The position numbers and the translations under genes are program-made. The notes below the pieces were generated by a model, which saw only the letters and a list, made by a program, of their open reading frames with translations, made no database searches and had not been told where the DNA came from. From Candidatus Marinacidobacterium sp. (lineage in GTDB: Bacteria > Acidobacteriota > Vicinamibacteria > Marinacidobacterales > Marinacidobacteraceae), in assembly GCA_965204755.1 (NCBI GenBank), contig OZ242011.1, positions 32,001 to 96,000 of the forward strand: DNA of 64,000 bases, read 5' to 3'. Position 1 is the first letter of the stretch. The number at the start of each line of letters is the position of its first letter. This document shows positions 9,464-18,410 of this stretch, in pieces.

Positions 9464-10651
9464 GTGGGCGTGCCCCACGAGGCCCGGTACTCCCGGTCGG
9501 CCCGGCTCCTCCACCGGCTGGCCTTCGCCTCCCCGGCGGCGCAGCGAGGCCTCGCGGACCTGGAGGAGCGCCTGTTCGCCGGGCGGCTGGCCGCCGTAAC
9601 CGTGGAGCGCCCGGTCTTCGTCGCCGGCGTCCCGCGCGCCGGGACGACCCTGCTGCTCGAACTGCTGGCCGCCCTCCCCTCGTTCGTCTCCCACGCCTAC
9701 CGCGACCTCCCGTTCCTGTTCGCGCCGCTGCTCCAGGACGCGCTCACCCGAAGGTTCCGCCGACCCGGCGCCGCCTTCCCGCGCGCCCACGGCGACGGGA
9801 TGACCGTGGCGTTCGACAGCCCGGAGGCCTTCGAGGAAGTCCTCTGGCGCGCCTTCTGGCCGGAGCGCTACCGGGGCGACCGGATCGGGCCCTGGGCGGC
9901 GGAAGACGCCGAGGCCCGCCCCGAATTCGGGAGGTTCCTCGCCGCCCACCTGCGGAAACTCGCCGCGCTCCGCGCCCTACCGCCGACACTGCCGCCGACA
10001 CTGCCGCCGGAAACCGCCCGGCGCGCCCGCCGCGCCCGGTACCTCTCCAAGAACCACGCGAACCTCGCCCGCCTCCCGCTGCTCGCGCGCCTGTTCCCGG
10101 ACGCCGCGCTCCTCGTCCCCTTCCGGGCGCCGCTCGCCCAAGCCGCCTCGCTCCTCCGCACCCATCTCGCCTTCGAGCGGATGCACGCCGCCGAGCCGTT
10201 CTCCCGGCGCTACATGCGCGACCTCGGCCACTACGAGTTCGGCGCCAACCTCAAGCCGTTGACCTTCGGGGCCCGGCGGTCGCCGCGAAACGGCCCGAAC
10301 GGCGCGCCGGACGCTCCGGCGGCGCGCCGGAGGCTCCGGGAGGATGCCCGCTCAGCGGACTACTGGCTGCGTTACTGGCGGGACGCCTACGCCGAAGCGC
10401 TCCGCGGGCCCGCCGACCGGATCGCGTTCAGCGACTACGACCGCTGTTGCGCCGCTCCCGACCCCGCCCTCCGCCGGCTGGCCGACCGCCTGGGCCTCCC
10501 CGGCCCGGAGGCGGATCGACTCGCCGCCGACGGCCTCCGCTTCCGGTCGCCGAACCCGCCTCCGGACGACTTCGCCGCCCGGGTTTCCCCCTCCCTCGTC
10601 GGCGAGGCGCGCGCGATCCACCGGGAACTCGTCTCCCGTTCCGTCACCTGA
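9464..10651 (+). CDS. PAPS-dependent sulfotransferase (Sulfotransfer_3-like)
   Basis: 5'-PSB loop PVFVAGVPRAGTTLL, plus RAHGDG..DSPEAFEE..W, YLSKN and PFRAP..QAASL. The likely start is GTG 9464/9470, because the ORF-track start at 9323 is inside the MITE. Confidence 0.9.
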   Translation: MGVPHEARYSRSARLLHRLAFASPAAQRGLADLEERLFAGRLAAVTVERPVFVAGVPRAGTTLLLELLAALPSFVSHAYRDLPFLFAPLLQDALTRRFRRPGAAFPRAHGDGMTVAFDSPEAFEEVLWRAFWPERYRGDRIGPWAAEDAEARPEFGRFLAAHLRKLAALRALPPTLPPTLPPETARRARRARYLSKNHANLARLPLLARLFPDAALLVPFRAPLAQAASLLRTHLAFERMHAAEPFSRRYMRDLGHYEFGANLKPLTFGARRSPRNGPNGAPDAPAARRRLREDARSADYWLRYWRDAYAEALRGPADRIAFSDYDRCCAAPDPALRRLADRLGLPGPEADRLAADGLRFRSPNPPPDDFAARVSPSLVGEARAIHRELVSRSVT

Positions 10652-11019
10652 CCGGACGCCCCCCGAACCGCCTCCCCGCTCCCCTGTCACCCCCCGGCGC
10701 AGACCCGCGGGTCGGACTTCACCCGGCGCCACAACGCTTCGGCCGCCAGGCGATGGGCCGCGACCGGCGAGGGGCTTGGGCGGTGGCGAGGGCCGGGGAG
10801 AAGGAAACGACCGGAGCGGTCGCCAGGAAGTGCTTCATCGGAGTTCCTCCTCGACGGAACGGAAGCGGGCGGTTGAGATTCAGGCCGGGAGGCCGTCGGG
10901 GAGGACGCCCGGGCGCGGAGCGCGATCTCCAAGGCCGCGCCGACCGCCGCCAGTCCGACCGCCGTCCGGAACACATTCGCGGCCGGTAGCCGGAGAGCGC
11001 GGCCCGCGAACCGACCCGC

Positions 11020-13362
11020 TCAGCCTCCCGCGGGTCCGCGCCCTCCGGCCGGCGCCCCCTTCCCGCCGGGCGCCGGGTCGCGGGCCGCGTCGATCATCGG
11101 ATCCGGGCGGTCGGCGAACCGGGCGCCGCGCGCCCAGCGGAGATAGTCCGCGGTCTGCGCCATGCCCCGGGAGAGATCGAAGGCCGGCTCGTAGCCCAGC
11201 AGGCGGCGGGCCTTCCCGATCTCCACCAGGCACCGGGAGGAGTACTCCTCGAGGTGGCGCGGCCGCGGCAGCGTCTCCGACGGCGTCTCCGACGGCTCGC
11301 GCACCAGCGCGCGGACGCCGCCGCGGCGGCGCCGGGTCGCCCGAACCGTCCGGACCGCCGGAACGAGGCCGCTCGACAGCCGCCGGCGTCCTCCCAGCAT
11401 CGCGCGTTTCGCCCGCCCGAGGACGCGGCGCAGCCCGGGCCTCCCCCGCGCCGCCGCGGCCAGCCGCGCGCCGAGCGTCGGGGCGATGAGCGCCCGGATC
11501 TCCGCCTCCGACCGGTAGCGGACGCCGTGGCCGGCGCCGACCGCGTCGGCGTACCCGGAAAAGAACTCGCCCCAGGTGGGGTGCTCCGCGCCGGAGACCA
11601 GGATGGTCTCGCCGGCCGCCTCCTCCCTCACCGCGGCCGCCAGGAGGGCGGTCACCACATCTTCCACATGGACCGCGTTGCAGATGCCGTCGCCCGGCGC
11701 CGGCAGGACGAGCGGCCCGCGCGACAGGGCCGCCGCCGGGTGTTCGGTCCAATAGGTGGAGAACGGGCCGTAAACGATGGTCGGCTGCAGCACCACGAAC
11801 TCCAGCCCGTCCTCCCGCCCCATGCGGGCCAACTCGCGTTCGCAGGCGGCGTTCGCCCCCCGGTAGCGGGGGTCGCCCTCGCCGGGCGCCGACTCCGAGA
11901 GCGGCCCCTCCGGGTACGGGCCGTACACCGTGTACGAACTGGTGAAGACCAGCCGGACGCCGTGTTCGGCGCAGGCGGCCCCGAGGCGGCGGACGCCGGC
12001 GATGTTCGACTCGGCCGAGTCGAGGTCGATGGCGAGGTGGAAGACCGCGGCGCAGCCGGCGACCAGTTCCCCGACCGGGGCGCCGGCGTCGGGCGCCCCC
12101 AGGTCGAACTCCCGGAGTTCCACCACTTCCGGCGGGAACCGGGCGAGCCGCGGCGCGGCGCGAAACCGCCGAACCGCGGCGCGCGCGCGGGCGCCTCCCC
12201 GCGCGAGCCGCTCGACCAGCCGACCGCCGATGAAACCGGTCGCGCCGGTGACCAGGAAGGTCTTTCCCGCCAGCGGGAGCGGGGCCGCGGACGCTCCCCG
12301 CGACCGGCCTTCCTCCCGCGTTCCCCGCCACGGCTGCGTCTGCGCCCGCCGGCGGAGGCGGCAACGCTCCAGCAGTTCGACGACCGGAAGCGCCGAGGCG
12401 CCCGGGGTGAACGGCTGCCGGCCCTCCCGGATGGCCGACCGCCAGTCGGCGAGCAACAACTCCCCCGGCCCGCCGGGGCTCCACATGCCCTCGCCGAGGC
12501 GCGCGGCGCCCCGGTGAACCTCGAACCTCCGATCCCGCAGCGAATCCGGCGACAGGGCCAGGAACTCGTTCCGGGTTCCCCGGACCTCGAGGCGGCCGCA
12601 AGTCCCCTCGAGGACGATCGTGTCCGGGAGATTCCTCATCCGGCTCAGTTCCACGACGGCGCGGGTTCCCCGCTCGAAGAGCAGGTCGAGCCGCGCGTCG
12701 GCCTCGAGCCCGCCCTCCCCGTCATCGGCGCACTCCACCCGGCGCACCGGCCCCAGCCACCAGAGCAGCAGGTCCAGCAGGTGCGGCCCTTTGTCCAGGA
12801 GCACTCCCTCGCCGCAGGTCGGGAGGCTCGCGTTCCAGTACGAAGGCGCGTTCCAGGTCGCTCCCGGAGGGGACGCGACGGCCCGCCGGGAGAGCCAGGA
12901 CGATCCGTCGCTCGCGACCGCCGATTCGATGTCCCCGAGCGCGCCGCTCGCGATCGCCGCCGCGATCCAGCGGTGGACGAAGAGGAAGCGGCGCTGGTGG
13001 GTTACCGAAAGGCAGGCGCCCGAAGCCGCCGCCGCGTCCACCAGCCGCCGGGCGTCGGCGGAATTCGTCGCCAGGGGCTTCTCCACGAGGACATGGATCC
13101 CGGCCTCGAGCAGCGGCAGGGCGAGCGGGGCGTGGAGTCTCGGCGGCGCGGCCACGACCGCCGCCTCGACTTCGCCCATGACGCCCGACGCCTCCGGCGC
13201 CGCCCGGGGCGTCTTCCAGCGGCGGGCCAACTCGCGGGCGCGGTCGAGGTCGGGGTCGATGAGTACGGAGGGCCGCCACCCGAGCCGGGCGAGGGACGGC
13301 AGGTATCCGTAGGTGGCGACGGCGCCGCAGCCGATGACGGCGAGACGGGGCGAAGCGGCCAT
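11020..13362 (-). CDS. Fusion of a Gfo/Idh/MocA oxidoreductase and an NAD-dependent epimerase/dehydratase
   Basis: N-part: LAVIGCGAVA, HVLVEKPLA, GVLLDKGPHLLD. C-part: LVTGATGFIGGRL, VFTSSYTVYG, LQPTIVYGP, VHVEDV. ATG at 13362 within ORF 11020..14757. Confidence 0.9.
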   Translation of the reverse strand: MAASPRLAVIGCGAVATYGYLPSLARLGWRPSVLIDPDLDRARELARRWKTPRAAPEASGVMGEVEAAVVAAPPRLHAPLALPLLEAGIHVLVEKPLATNSADARRLVDAAAASGACLSVTHQRRFLFVHRWIAAAIASGALGDIESAVASDGSSWLSRRAVASPPGATWNAPSYWNASLPTCGEGVLLDKGPHLLDLLLWWLGPVRRVECADDGEGGLEADARLDLLFERGTRAVVELSRMRNLPDTIVLEGTCGRLEVRGTRNEFLALSPDSLRDRRFEVHRGAARLGEGMWSPGGPGELLLADWRSAIREGRQPFTPGASALPVVELLERCRLRRRAQTQPWRGTREEGRSRGASAAPLPLAGKTFLVTGATGFIGGRLVERLARGGARARAAVRRFRAAPRLARFPPEVVELREFDLGAPDAGAPVGELVAGCAAVFHLAIDLDSAESNIAGVRRLGAACAEHGVRLVFTSSYTVYGPYPEGPLSESAPGEGDPRYRGANAACERELARMGREDGLEFVVLQPTIVYGPFSTYWTEHPAAALSRGPLVLPAPGDGICNAVHVEDVVTALLAAAVREEAAGETILVSGAEHPTWGEFFSGYADAVGAGHGVRYRSEAEIRALIAPTLGARLAAAARGRPGLRRVLGRAKRAMLGGRRRLSSGLVPAVRTVRATRRRRGGVRALVREPSETPSETLPRPRHLEEYSSRCLVEIGKARRLLGYEPAFDLSRGMAQTADYLRWARGARFADRPDPMIDAARDPAPGGKGAPAGGRGPAGG

Positions 13363-13418
13363 CGGAGCGGCGGACAGGGTAGCGAAGGCGAGGCCCGGAT
13401 CCGGCCCGGCCCGGCGAC

Positions 13419-14984
13419 CTACCGGCGGGTGGAAGAAGCGCCGCGCGCGCCGCCGGCCACCGGGCCTTCCGCCCCCCGCCGCCGCGCCGCGGCGAGGGCG
13501 CGGCGGCCGATCTCCGCCGCGGAGAACCACAGGAACGGCCACGCGGCCGCCGCGTAGCGGAGCGAACTGAAGTTGAACGCCGCGACGACGAAGTAGTAGC
13601 CGAGCGCCGCGACCGCGGCGAGCGCGGCCCCGACCAACCGGGGGTCCATCTCGCCGGCGCCGCGCCGAAACCGCTCCCGGAACGCGAGGACGACCGACAG
13701 GAGGCAGGCGGCGAACGAAGCGATTCCGGCGAGCCGGACGAACGGGGCGGCCGGACCGGGGATCCGCAGGGTTTCGGAGATCGGGGCCGAGAGTTGGGCC
13801 GACCGGAGGACGGCGTCGTCCGGCAGGGCGCCGGCCCGGCCGGAGAGCCGGCGCGCGAAGTCGGCGGTGTGGAGCGTGGGGAGCGTCCACAGGCCGACGA
13901 AGTGGACCGCGGCGTTCGCCGCCCACTCCGAGGGAGCGGCCAGCAGCGCCTCCAGGCTCACCTCCCGCAGCCGCGCGTTCACCGGGACCCCGTCCCGCTC
14001 CGCGAGTTCCTCCGCCGTCCCGCGGAAGAGCCGGAGGTAGGTCCGGTGCTGCAGTTCGTGCTCCGCGCGCCGCAACAGGATCGAGCGCAGGAAGAAGCCG
14101 GGCGCGTCGGCCAAGGCGCGGCGAAACGGCGCCGCCCGGCGCCGGGCCTCCCGGAAGAACGCGTTCCACTCCGGGTCGCCCGCCGCCGGTTTCTCCGACG
14201 GGATGAGCAGGGCCTTGGCGAACAGGTGGTGGGCCACGACGCTCGGGCGGTCCGGCCGGTCGGGGTACGCCCGGTTCCAGGCGGCGTTTTCGGCCAGGAA
14301 ACAGACCGCGAGGGGAAGGACCAGCGCCGCCGCCAGCCGCAGCCTCCGCCCGCCTGTCCGGGGCCACAGCAGCCAGGCGGCTGCCGGCCAGACGAGGAGC
14401 AGCAGCGCCCCGGCGGGACGCGCGGCGACCGCCAGCCCGCCCAGCGCCGCCCCGGCCAGCAGCCGCGGCGCGGTCGGCCGCAGGGAGAACAGGAGGGCCG
14501 CGCCGAGACTCCCCATCGCCAGCGGGACGAAGAGGGCCTCGGAGAGGATGTAGGCGTGGAACCGGACCCCGGCGGCGAGGACGAAGAGTCCGCCGGTGAG
14601 CGGGAGCGCGAATCCCGGGGAGCGATACACCCGATGCGCCGCGTACCCGAGGAACCAGACGGCGCCCGCGGTCAGGAGGAGTTGGACGCGCGGCGCGGCG
14701 GCGAGCCCGCCGAACAGCCGGCCGACCGCGTCCAGGAACGACGGGTACCCCGCCCACCGGGTGGCCCAGCGCGGCGCGCCGAATTCCACGAAGGAAGTGC
14801 TGTTACCGGGCTGGATCATCCCCGGGCCGTGCGGCGACCAGGCGCCGCCGCCGATCGGATCCGACCAGAACCAGGCGATGTACGCGAGAGCGCCGGCGAG
14901 CAGCAACCACGGAGTGGCTCGGCGGGCGGCCGCGGCAGTCGGGTCGGACGCCCCTTCCCCGGACGGCGTCCGAGCCCGGTTCAT
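13419..14984 (-). CDS. Polytopic membrane protein, GT-C (ArnT/PMT-like) glycosyltransferase candidate
   Basis: Many TM segments, with GYPSFL, ILSEALF, ARPAG and SLRYA motifs. The ATG overlaps the ABC gene stop. It lacks the C-terminal FFLH domain. Confidence 0.65.
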   Translation of the reverse strand: MNRARTPSGEGASDPTAAAARRATPWLLLAGALAYIAWFWSDPIGGGAWSPHGPGMIQPGNSTSFVEFGAPRWATRWAGYPSFLDAVGRLFGGLAAAPRVQLLLTAGAVWFLGYAAHRVYRSPGFALPLTGGLFVLAAGVRFHAYILSEALFVPLAMGSLGAALLFSLRPTAPRLLAGAALGGLAVAARPAGALLLLVWPAAAWLLWPRTGGRRLRLAAALVLPLAVCFLAENAAWNRAYPDRPDRPSVVAHHLFAKALLIPSEKPAAGDPEWNAFFREARRRAAPFRRALADAPGFFLRSILLRRAEHELQHRTYLRLFRGTAEELAERDGVPVNARLREVSLEALLAAPSEWAANAAVHFVGLWTLPTLHTADFARRLSGRAGALPDDAVLRSAQLSAPISETLRIPGPAAPFVRLAGIASFAACLLSVVLAFRERFRRGAGEMDPRLVGAALAAVAALGYYFVVAAFNFSSLRYAAAAWPFLWFSAAEIGRRALAAARRRGAEGPVAGGARGASSTRR

Positions 14985-17005
14985 CCCGGTCGAACCGACG
15001 GGCGCGCGGGGCGGACCCGAAGCGGGGCGGCGGGCCGCCCCCCGGAGGACCCCGGTACGAGTAGCCGGCCCGACTCGATCCGGACCACCCGGTCGGCGGC
15101 GGCGAGGAACGCGGCGCTGTGGGTGGCCGCCACGACCGTCGTCTCGCCGCGAAGCGAGCGGAGGGTCTCCAGCACCCGGCCCTCGTTGGCCTCGTCGAGT
15201 TGGCTGGTCGCCTCGTCCAGCGCCAGCAGGGTCGGTCGGCGGAGCAGCGCCCGCGCGAAGGCGAGCCGCTGGCGCTCGCCGGCGGAGAGTCCGGCGCCAC
15301 CGTCCCCGATTTCGGCGTCCACGCCTTCGGGGAGGCGGAAGACGAAGTCGGCGGCGGCCGCCTCGAGGGCGCGCCGCATCTCCTCCTCGTCCGCGTCCTC
15401 CCGCCCCCAGGCCAGGTTCGCGCGGATCCGGCCGGGAAACAGGTAGGGCCGCGCCGCCAGCAGGGCGCACGAGGCCCGCCACCGGCGGCGGTTCCCGCCG
15501 TCCAGCGCCACCCCGTCCACCCAGATCCGTCCGGTCGTCGGCGGCATTAGTCCCACGAGGAGATCGGCGAGGGTGGTCTTCCCCGCGCCCGACGGCCCCG
15601 ACAGGACGAGGAACTCGCCGCGGCGGATGTCGAGATCGATCTCCCGAAGCGCGCCGCCGCCGGCGCCGCCGGCCCCGCCCGCGGCCGCGCCGAAGTCCCG
15701 GAGGTAGTCGAAGGAGACGCCCCGGACGCCCAGCCGCTCGGAGAGCACCATCCGCGCGCCCTCGCCGCGGCCCCCGCCGAGGGGAGGCAGCGAACCGTCG
15801 CGCCTGACAGTTCGGGACGAGGGGGCGCGCGGACGCTCCTCCGGGCGTTCCTCGGCGGCCGCCGTGAGATCGGCCAGCGCGCTCCGCGCGTGGAGGAAGG
15901 CCGGCAGCGTGTTCGCGAGGTCGTGGGCCCGCCACTGGACGCCGCCCAGCATGGTCATCGTCCGCGCCGACAGCACGACCACCACGACCAGGGTGGGCAG
16001 CGGCAGGCCGGTTTCGACCAGGACGAACCAGCCCGCCGCCGCCAGCACCACCGCGGCGCCGAACTGGATCGCCGCCCGGGCGAGCGCGGCGACCGTGGCG
16101 GAGGCGAGGCAGCGTTCGCGAAGCGCCGTTACCGCGGCGGAGAGATGGGCCACATGCGCCCGCTCGGCGGCGTGGCTCTTCGCGAACTTCAGTCCGGCGA
16201 GGAAGTCCTGGACCTGGGCGTAGATGACCCGGTTCGCGTCGGTGATCTCGCCGCCCAGGGTCTCGGAGCGGCGGAGGAGCGGGCGGGTGAGGCAGTAGAG
16301 GGCGACGATGGCGACGAGGATCGCCCCCGCGGTCGGCGGGGAGATGACGAAGGCGACGGCCAGGTGGGTCGCCGCGACCGTGAGCGCGACCGTCACATGC
16401 AGGAGGTGCCCGAAGGCGGCGCCGACGCGGCGGACCTCCCCGGTGAGCACATGGCGGAGGTCCGCTTCGCCGCGGGAGGCGAGGAATCGCCAGGACGCCG
16501 CCGACATCGCCCGGTGGAGCCTCTCCCGCAGGCGGTCCACCGCCCCGAGCCGCGCCCGCTCGAAGACCGCGTCCCGCTGCCAGGCCGCCGCGGCGCGCAC
16601 GCCGACCAGCCCGACGAAGAGGCCGAGGGCGACCGGGAGGGTGAGGCCGACGCCGATCCTCTCCAGCGAGGAGACCAGCGCCCCGTGGACGGCGCCTCCG
16701 GTTTCCCCGTCGCCGAAGCCGGAGGCGTGGAGGAGCGGGATCAGCGCGAGGAGGCTGAACCCTTCCGTGATGTTCCCGGCGAGGAGCAGCAGCGCCGCGA
16801 GCGCGGCGGTCCCCGGCCGGTCGGAGACCAGTTCGGAGAAGAGGGCGCCGACGCCGGAAAACCCGCCTCCCCGCGCCGGCCTCGTTGAGCCCGCCGGCCC
16901 CGCCGCGCTCCGGGTTCCCTCGCCGCCCGGCCCGCCGCGCTCCCCCTCCGGATCGCCCTCCCCGCGCGGCGTCGGGGGCGCCACCGGGCCGGGGCTCGCG
17001 GACAC
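14981..17005 (-). CDS. ABC exporter, fused permease + ATPase (MsbA/HlyB-like)
   Basis: TM domain followed by Walker A GPSGAGKTT, signature LSAGERQR, Walker B LALDEAT and H-loop ATH. The start (GTG 17005) is approximate. Confidence 0.92.
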   Translation of the reverse strand: MSASPGPVAPPTPRGEGDPEGERGGPGGEGTRSAAGPAGSTRPARGGGFSGVGALFSELVSDRPGTAALAALLLLAGNITEGFSLLALIPLLHASGFGDGETGGAVHGALVSSLERIGVGLTLPVALGLFVGLVGVRAAAAWQRDAVFERARLGAVDRLRERLHRAMSAASWRFLASRGEADLRHVLTGEVRRVGAAFGHLLHVTVALTVAATHLAVAFVISPPTAGAILVAIVALYCLTRPLLRRSETLGGEITDANRVIYAQVQDFLAGLKFAKSHAAERAHVAHLSAAVTALRERCLASATVAALARAAIQFGAAVVLAAAGWFVLVETGLPLPTLVVVVVLSARTMTMLGGVQWRAHDLANTLPAFLHARSALADLTAAAEERPEERPRAPSSRTVRRDGSLPPLGGGRGEGARMVLSERLGVRGVSFDYLRDFGAAAGGAGGAGGGALREIDLDIRRGEFLVLSGPSGAGKTTLADLLVGLMPPTTGRIWVDGVALDGGNRRRWRASCALLAARPYLFPGRIRANLAWGREDADEEEMRRALEAAAADFVFRLPEGVDAEIGDGGAGLSAGERQRLAFARALLRRPTLLALDEATSQLDEANEGRVLETLRSLRGETTVVAATHSAAFLAAADRVVRIESGRLLVPGSSGGRPAAPLRVRPARPSVRPG

Positions 17006-17016
17006 GGCGGCGTCCG

Positions 17017-18378
17017 TCAGTCGGGAAGGTGTTCCCGGGTCAGGTTCCTCGGCGCGTCGGCGGTGCAGAGGACATCGTCCTCGATGCGGACCCCGCCGTA
17101 CGGGGCCAGCGCCTCCACGACCCCGGAGTCCACCGCGGCGCGCTCCTCGGCTCCCTTCTCCCCGAACTCGCGGAGCAGGGACTCGATGAAATAGACCCCC
17201 GGCTCCACGGTGACCACCTGCCCGGGCGCCAGTGTCCGGGTGGTGCGGAGATGCGGATGCTCCTTCGGCGGCCGGCCCCGGCGCCCGTCGGGGGCCGCGA
17301 GGTGGCCGCCCACATCGTGCACCTGCACCCCGAGGAAGTGGCCGAGTCCGTGGGGGAAGAACGCCGCGCTGAGGCCGCTCTCCACCGCGGCCTCCGGCGC
17401 GACGCGCGCGACGCCGACTTCCCGCAGGACGCCGGCCAGGAGCAGGTGGGCGCGGTGGTGGAGATCCGCCCAGGGCGTCCCCGGACGGACGCCGGCGCAC
17501 AGTTCCCGCTGCGCCCGCTCCACGCCGGCGACCAACTCGAGGAACCGGGGGTCCGCGCCTTCCGCCGGGCGGGTGCGGGTGATGTCCGAGGCGTAGCCCC
17601 GGACGCGGGCGCCGGCGTCGAGCAGCAGGCTCTTCCCCGGCCGGTGCTCCGACCGCTTGCCCTCGTAGTGGAGGACCGCGCCCTTCCTCCCGGCGGCCAC
17701 GATGGTCGGGTACGGCAGGTCCGCTTCGGCGCCCCCGACCGCGGCGACGAAGGCCCGGTGGATTTCGATCTCGCTCGCCCCGCCGCGGAAGGCCGCTTCC
17801 GCCGCCCGGTGGCCCGCAGCGCCCAGCCGGTTCGCTTCGGCGACCTGCGCGACCTCGTAGCGGGTCTTCACCGCCCGCCGCCAGTCGAGGCGGCCCAGCA
17901 GTTCCGGCGGGTCCGGGGAGAGCCCCAGCGCCAGGGCCAGTTCCCGCCGCTCGCCGATGTAGGCCGCCTTCGCCTCGCCGAGCCGGGCCAGGGTCTCCGA
18001 CAGGACTTCCCGTTTGCTGCCGCACTCGGCGATCTCGAACCCCTCCGCCCAGAACGGGCTTCCCACCGGGGCGGGCTCGTACCAGTAGTCGTCCGGAACC
18101 AGCGCGGCGAGGAACGGCTTCTCCCCCGGGCGCAGCAGCAGCAGTTCGCCGGGAGATTCCCGCGGACAGAAGTGGAGGAAGTGGGCGTTCGCCCGGAACG
18201 GCGCCGGCTGGTCGTCCCGGTAGTAGTAGCGGAGCGCCCCGCTGTCGAGCACCAGCGCCTCCGGGAGGACGGCCTCGAGGTCCTCGGCGAGGCCGCGGAG
18301 CCGGATCTCGAGGTGTTCCGAAAAGAGCGCGGCGAGGTCTTCGGCCCGGGGGGCGGGCGTTTCGTCGTTCGGGGGCAC
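17017..18378 (-). CDS. pepQ: Xaa-Pro dipeptidase (prolidase, M24B)
   Basis: LLDAGA..GYASDITRT, FFPHGLGHFLGVQVHDVGG, HPHLRTTR, VTVEPGVYFI and YGGVRIEDDV. N-terminal DD..PFRAN.HF of the PepQ type. Confidence 0.92.
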   Translation of the reverse strand: MPPNDETPAPRAEDLAALFSEHLEIRLRGLAEDLEAVLPEALVLDSGALRYYYRDDQPAPFRANAHFLHFCPRESPGELLLLRPGEKPFLAALVPDDYWYEPAPVGSPFWAEGFEIAECGSKREVLSETLARLGEAKAAYIGERRELALALGLSPDPPELLGRLDWRRAVKTRYEVAQVAEANRLGAAGHRAAEAAFRGGASEIEIHRAFVAAVGGAEADLPYPTIVAAGRKGAVLHYEGKRSEHRPGKSLLLDAGARVRGYASDITRTRPAEGADPRFLELVAGVERAQRELCAGVRPGTPWADLHHRAHLLLAGVLREVGVARVAPEAAVESGLSAAFFPHGLGHFLGVQVHDVGGHLAAPDGRRGRPPKEHPHLRTTRTLAPGQVVTVEPGVYFIESLLREFGEKGAEERAAVDSGVVEALAPYGGVRIEDDVLCTADAPRNLTREHLPD

Positions 18379-18410
18379 CGGATGGCGGGAGGATACGACG
18401 GGGCGAGCCG

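Noticed and set aside
10652-11019. ORFs 10687..10974 and 10719..10976 between convergent genes
   Set aside because: No recognisable motif or coupling; treated as intergenic.
14981-17005. ABC exporter as part of a RiPP/lasso peptide cluster
   Set aside because: No precursor, cyclase or peptidase genes are nearby, and the context is glycan-related.
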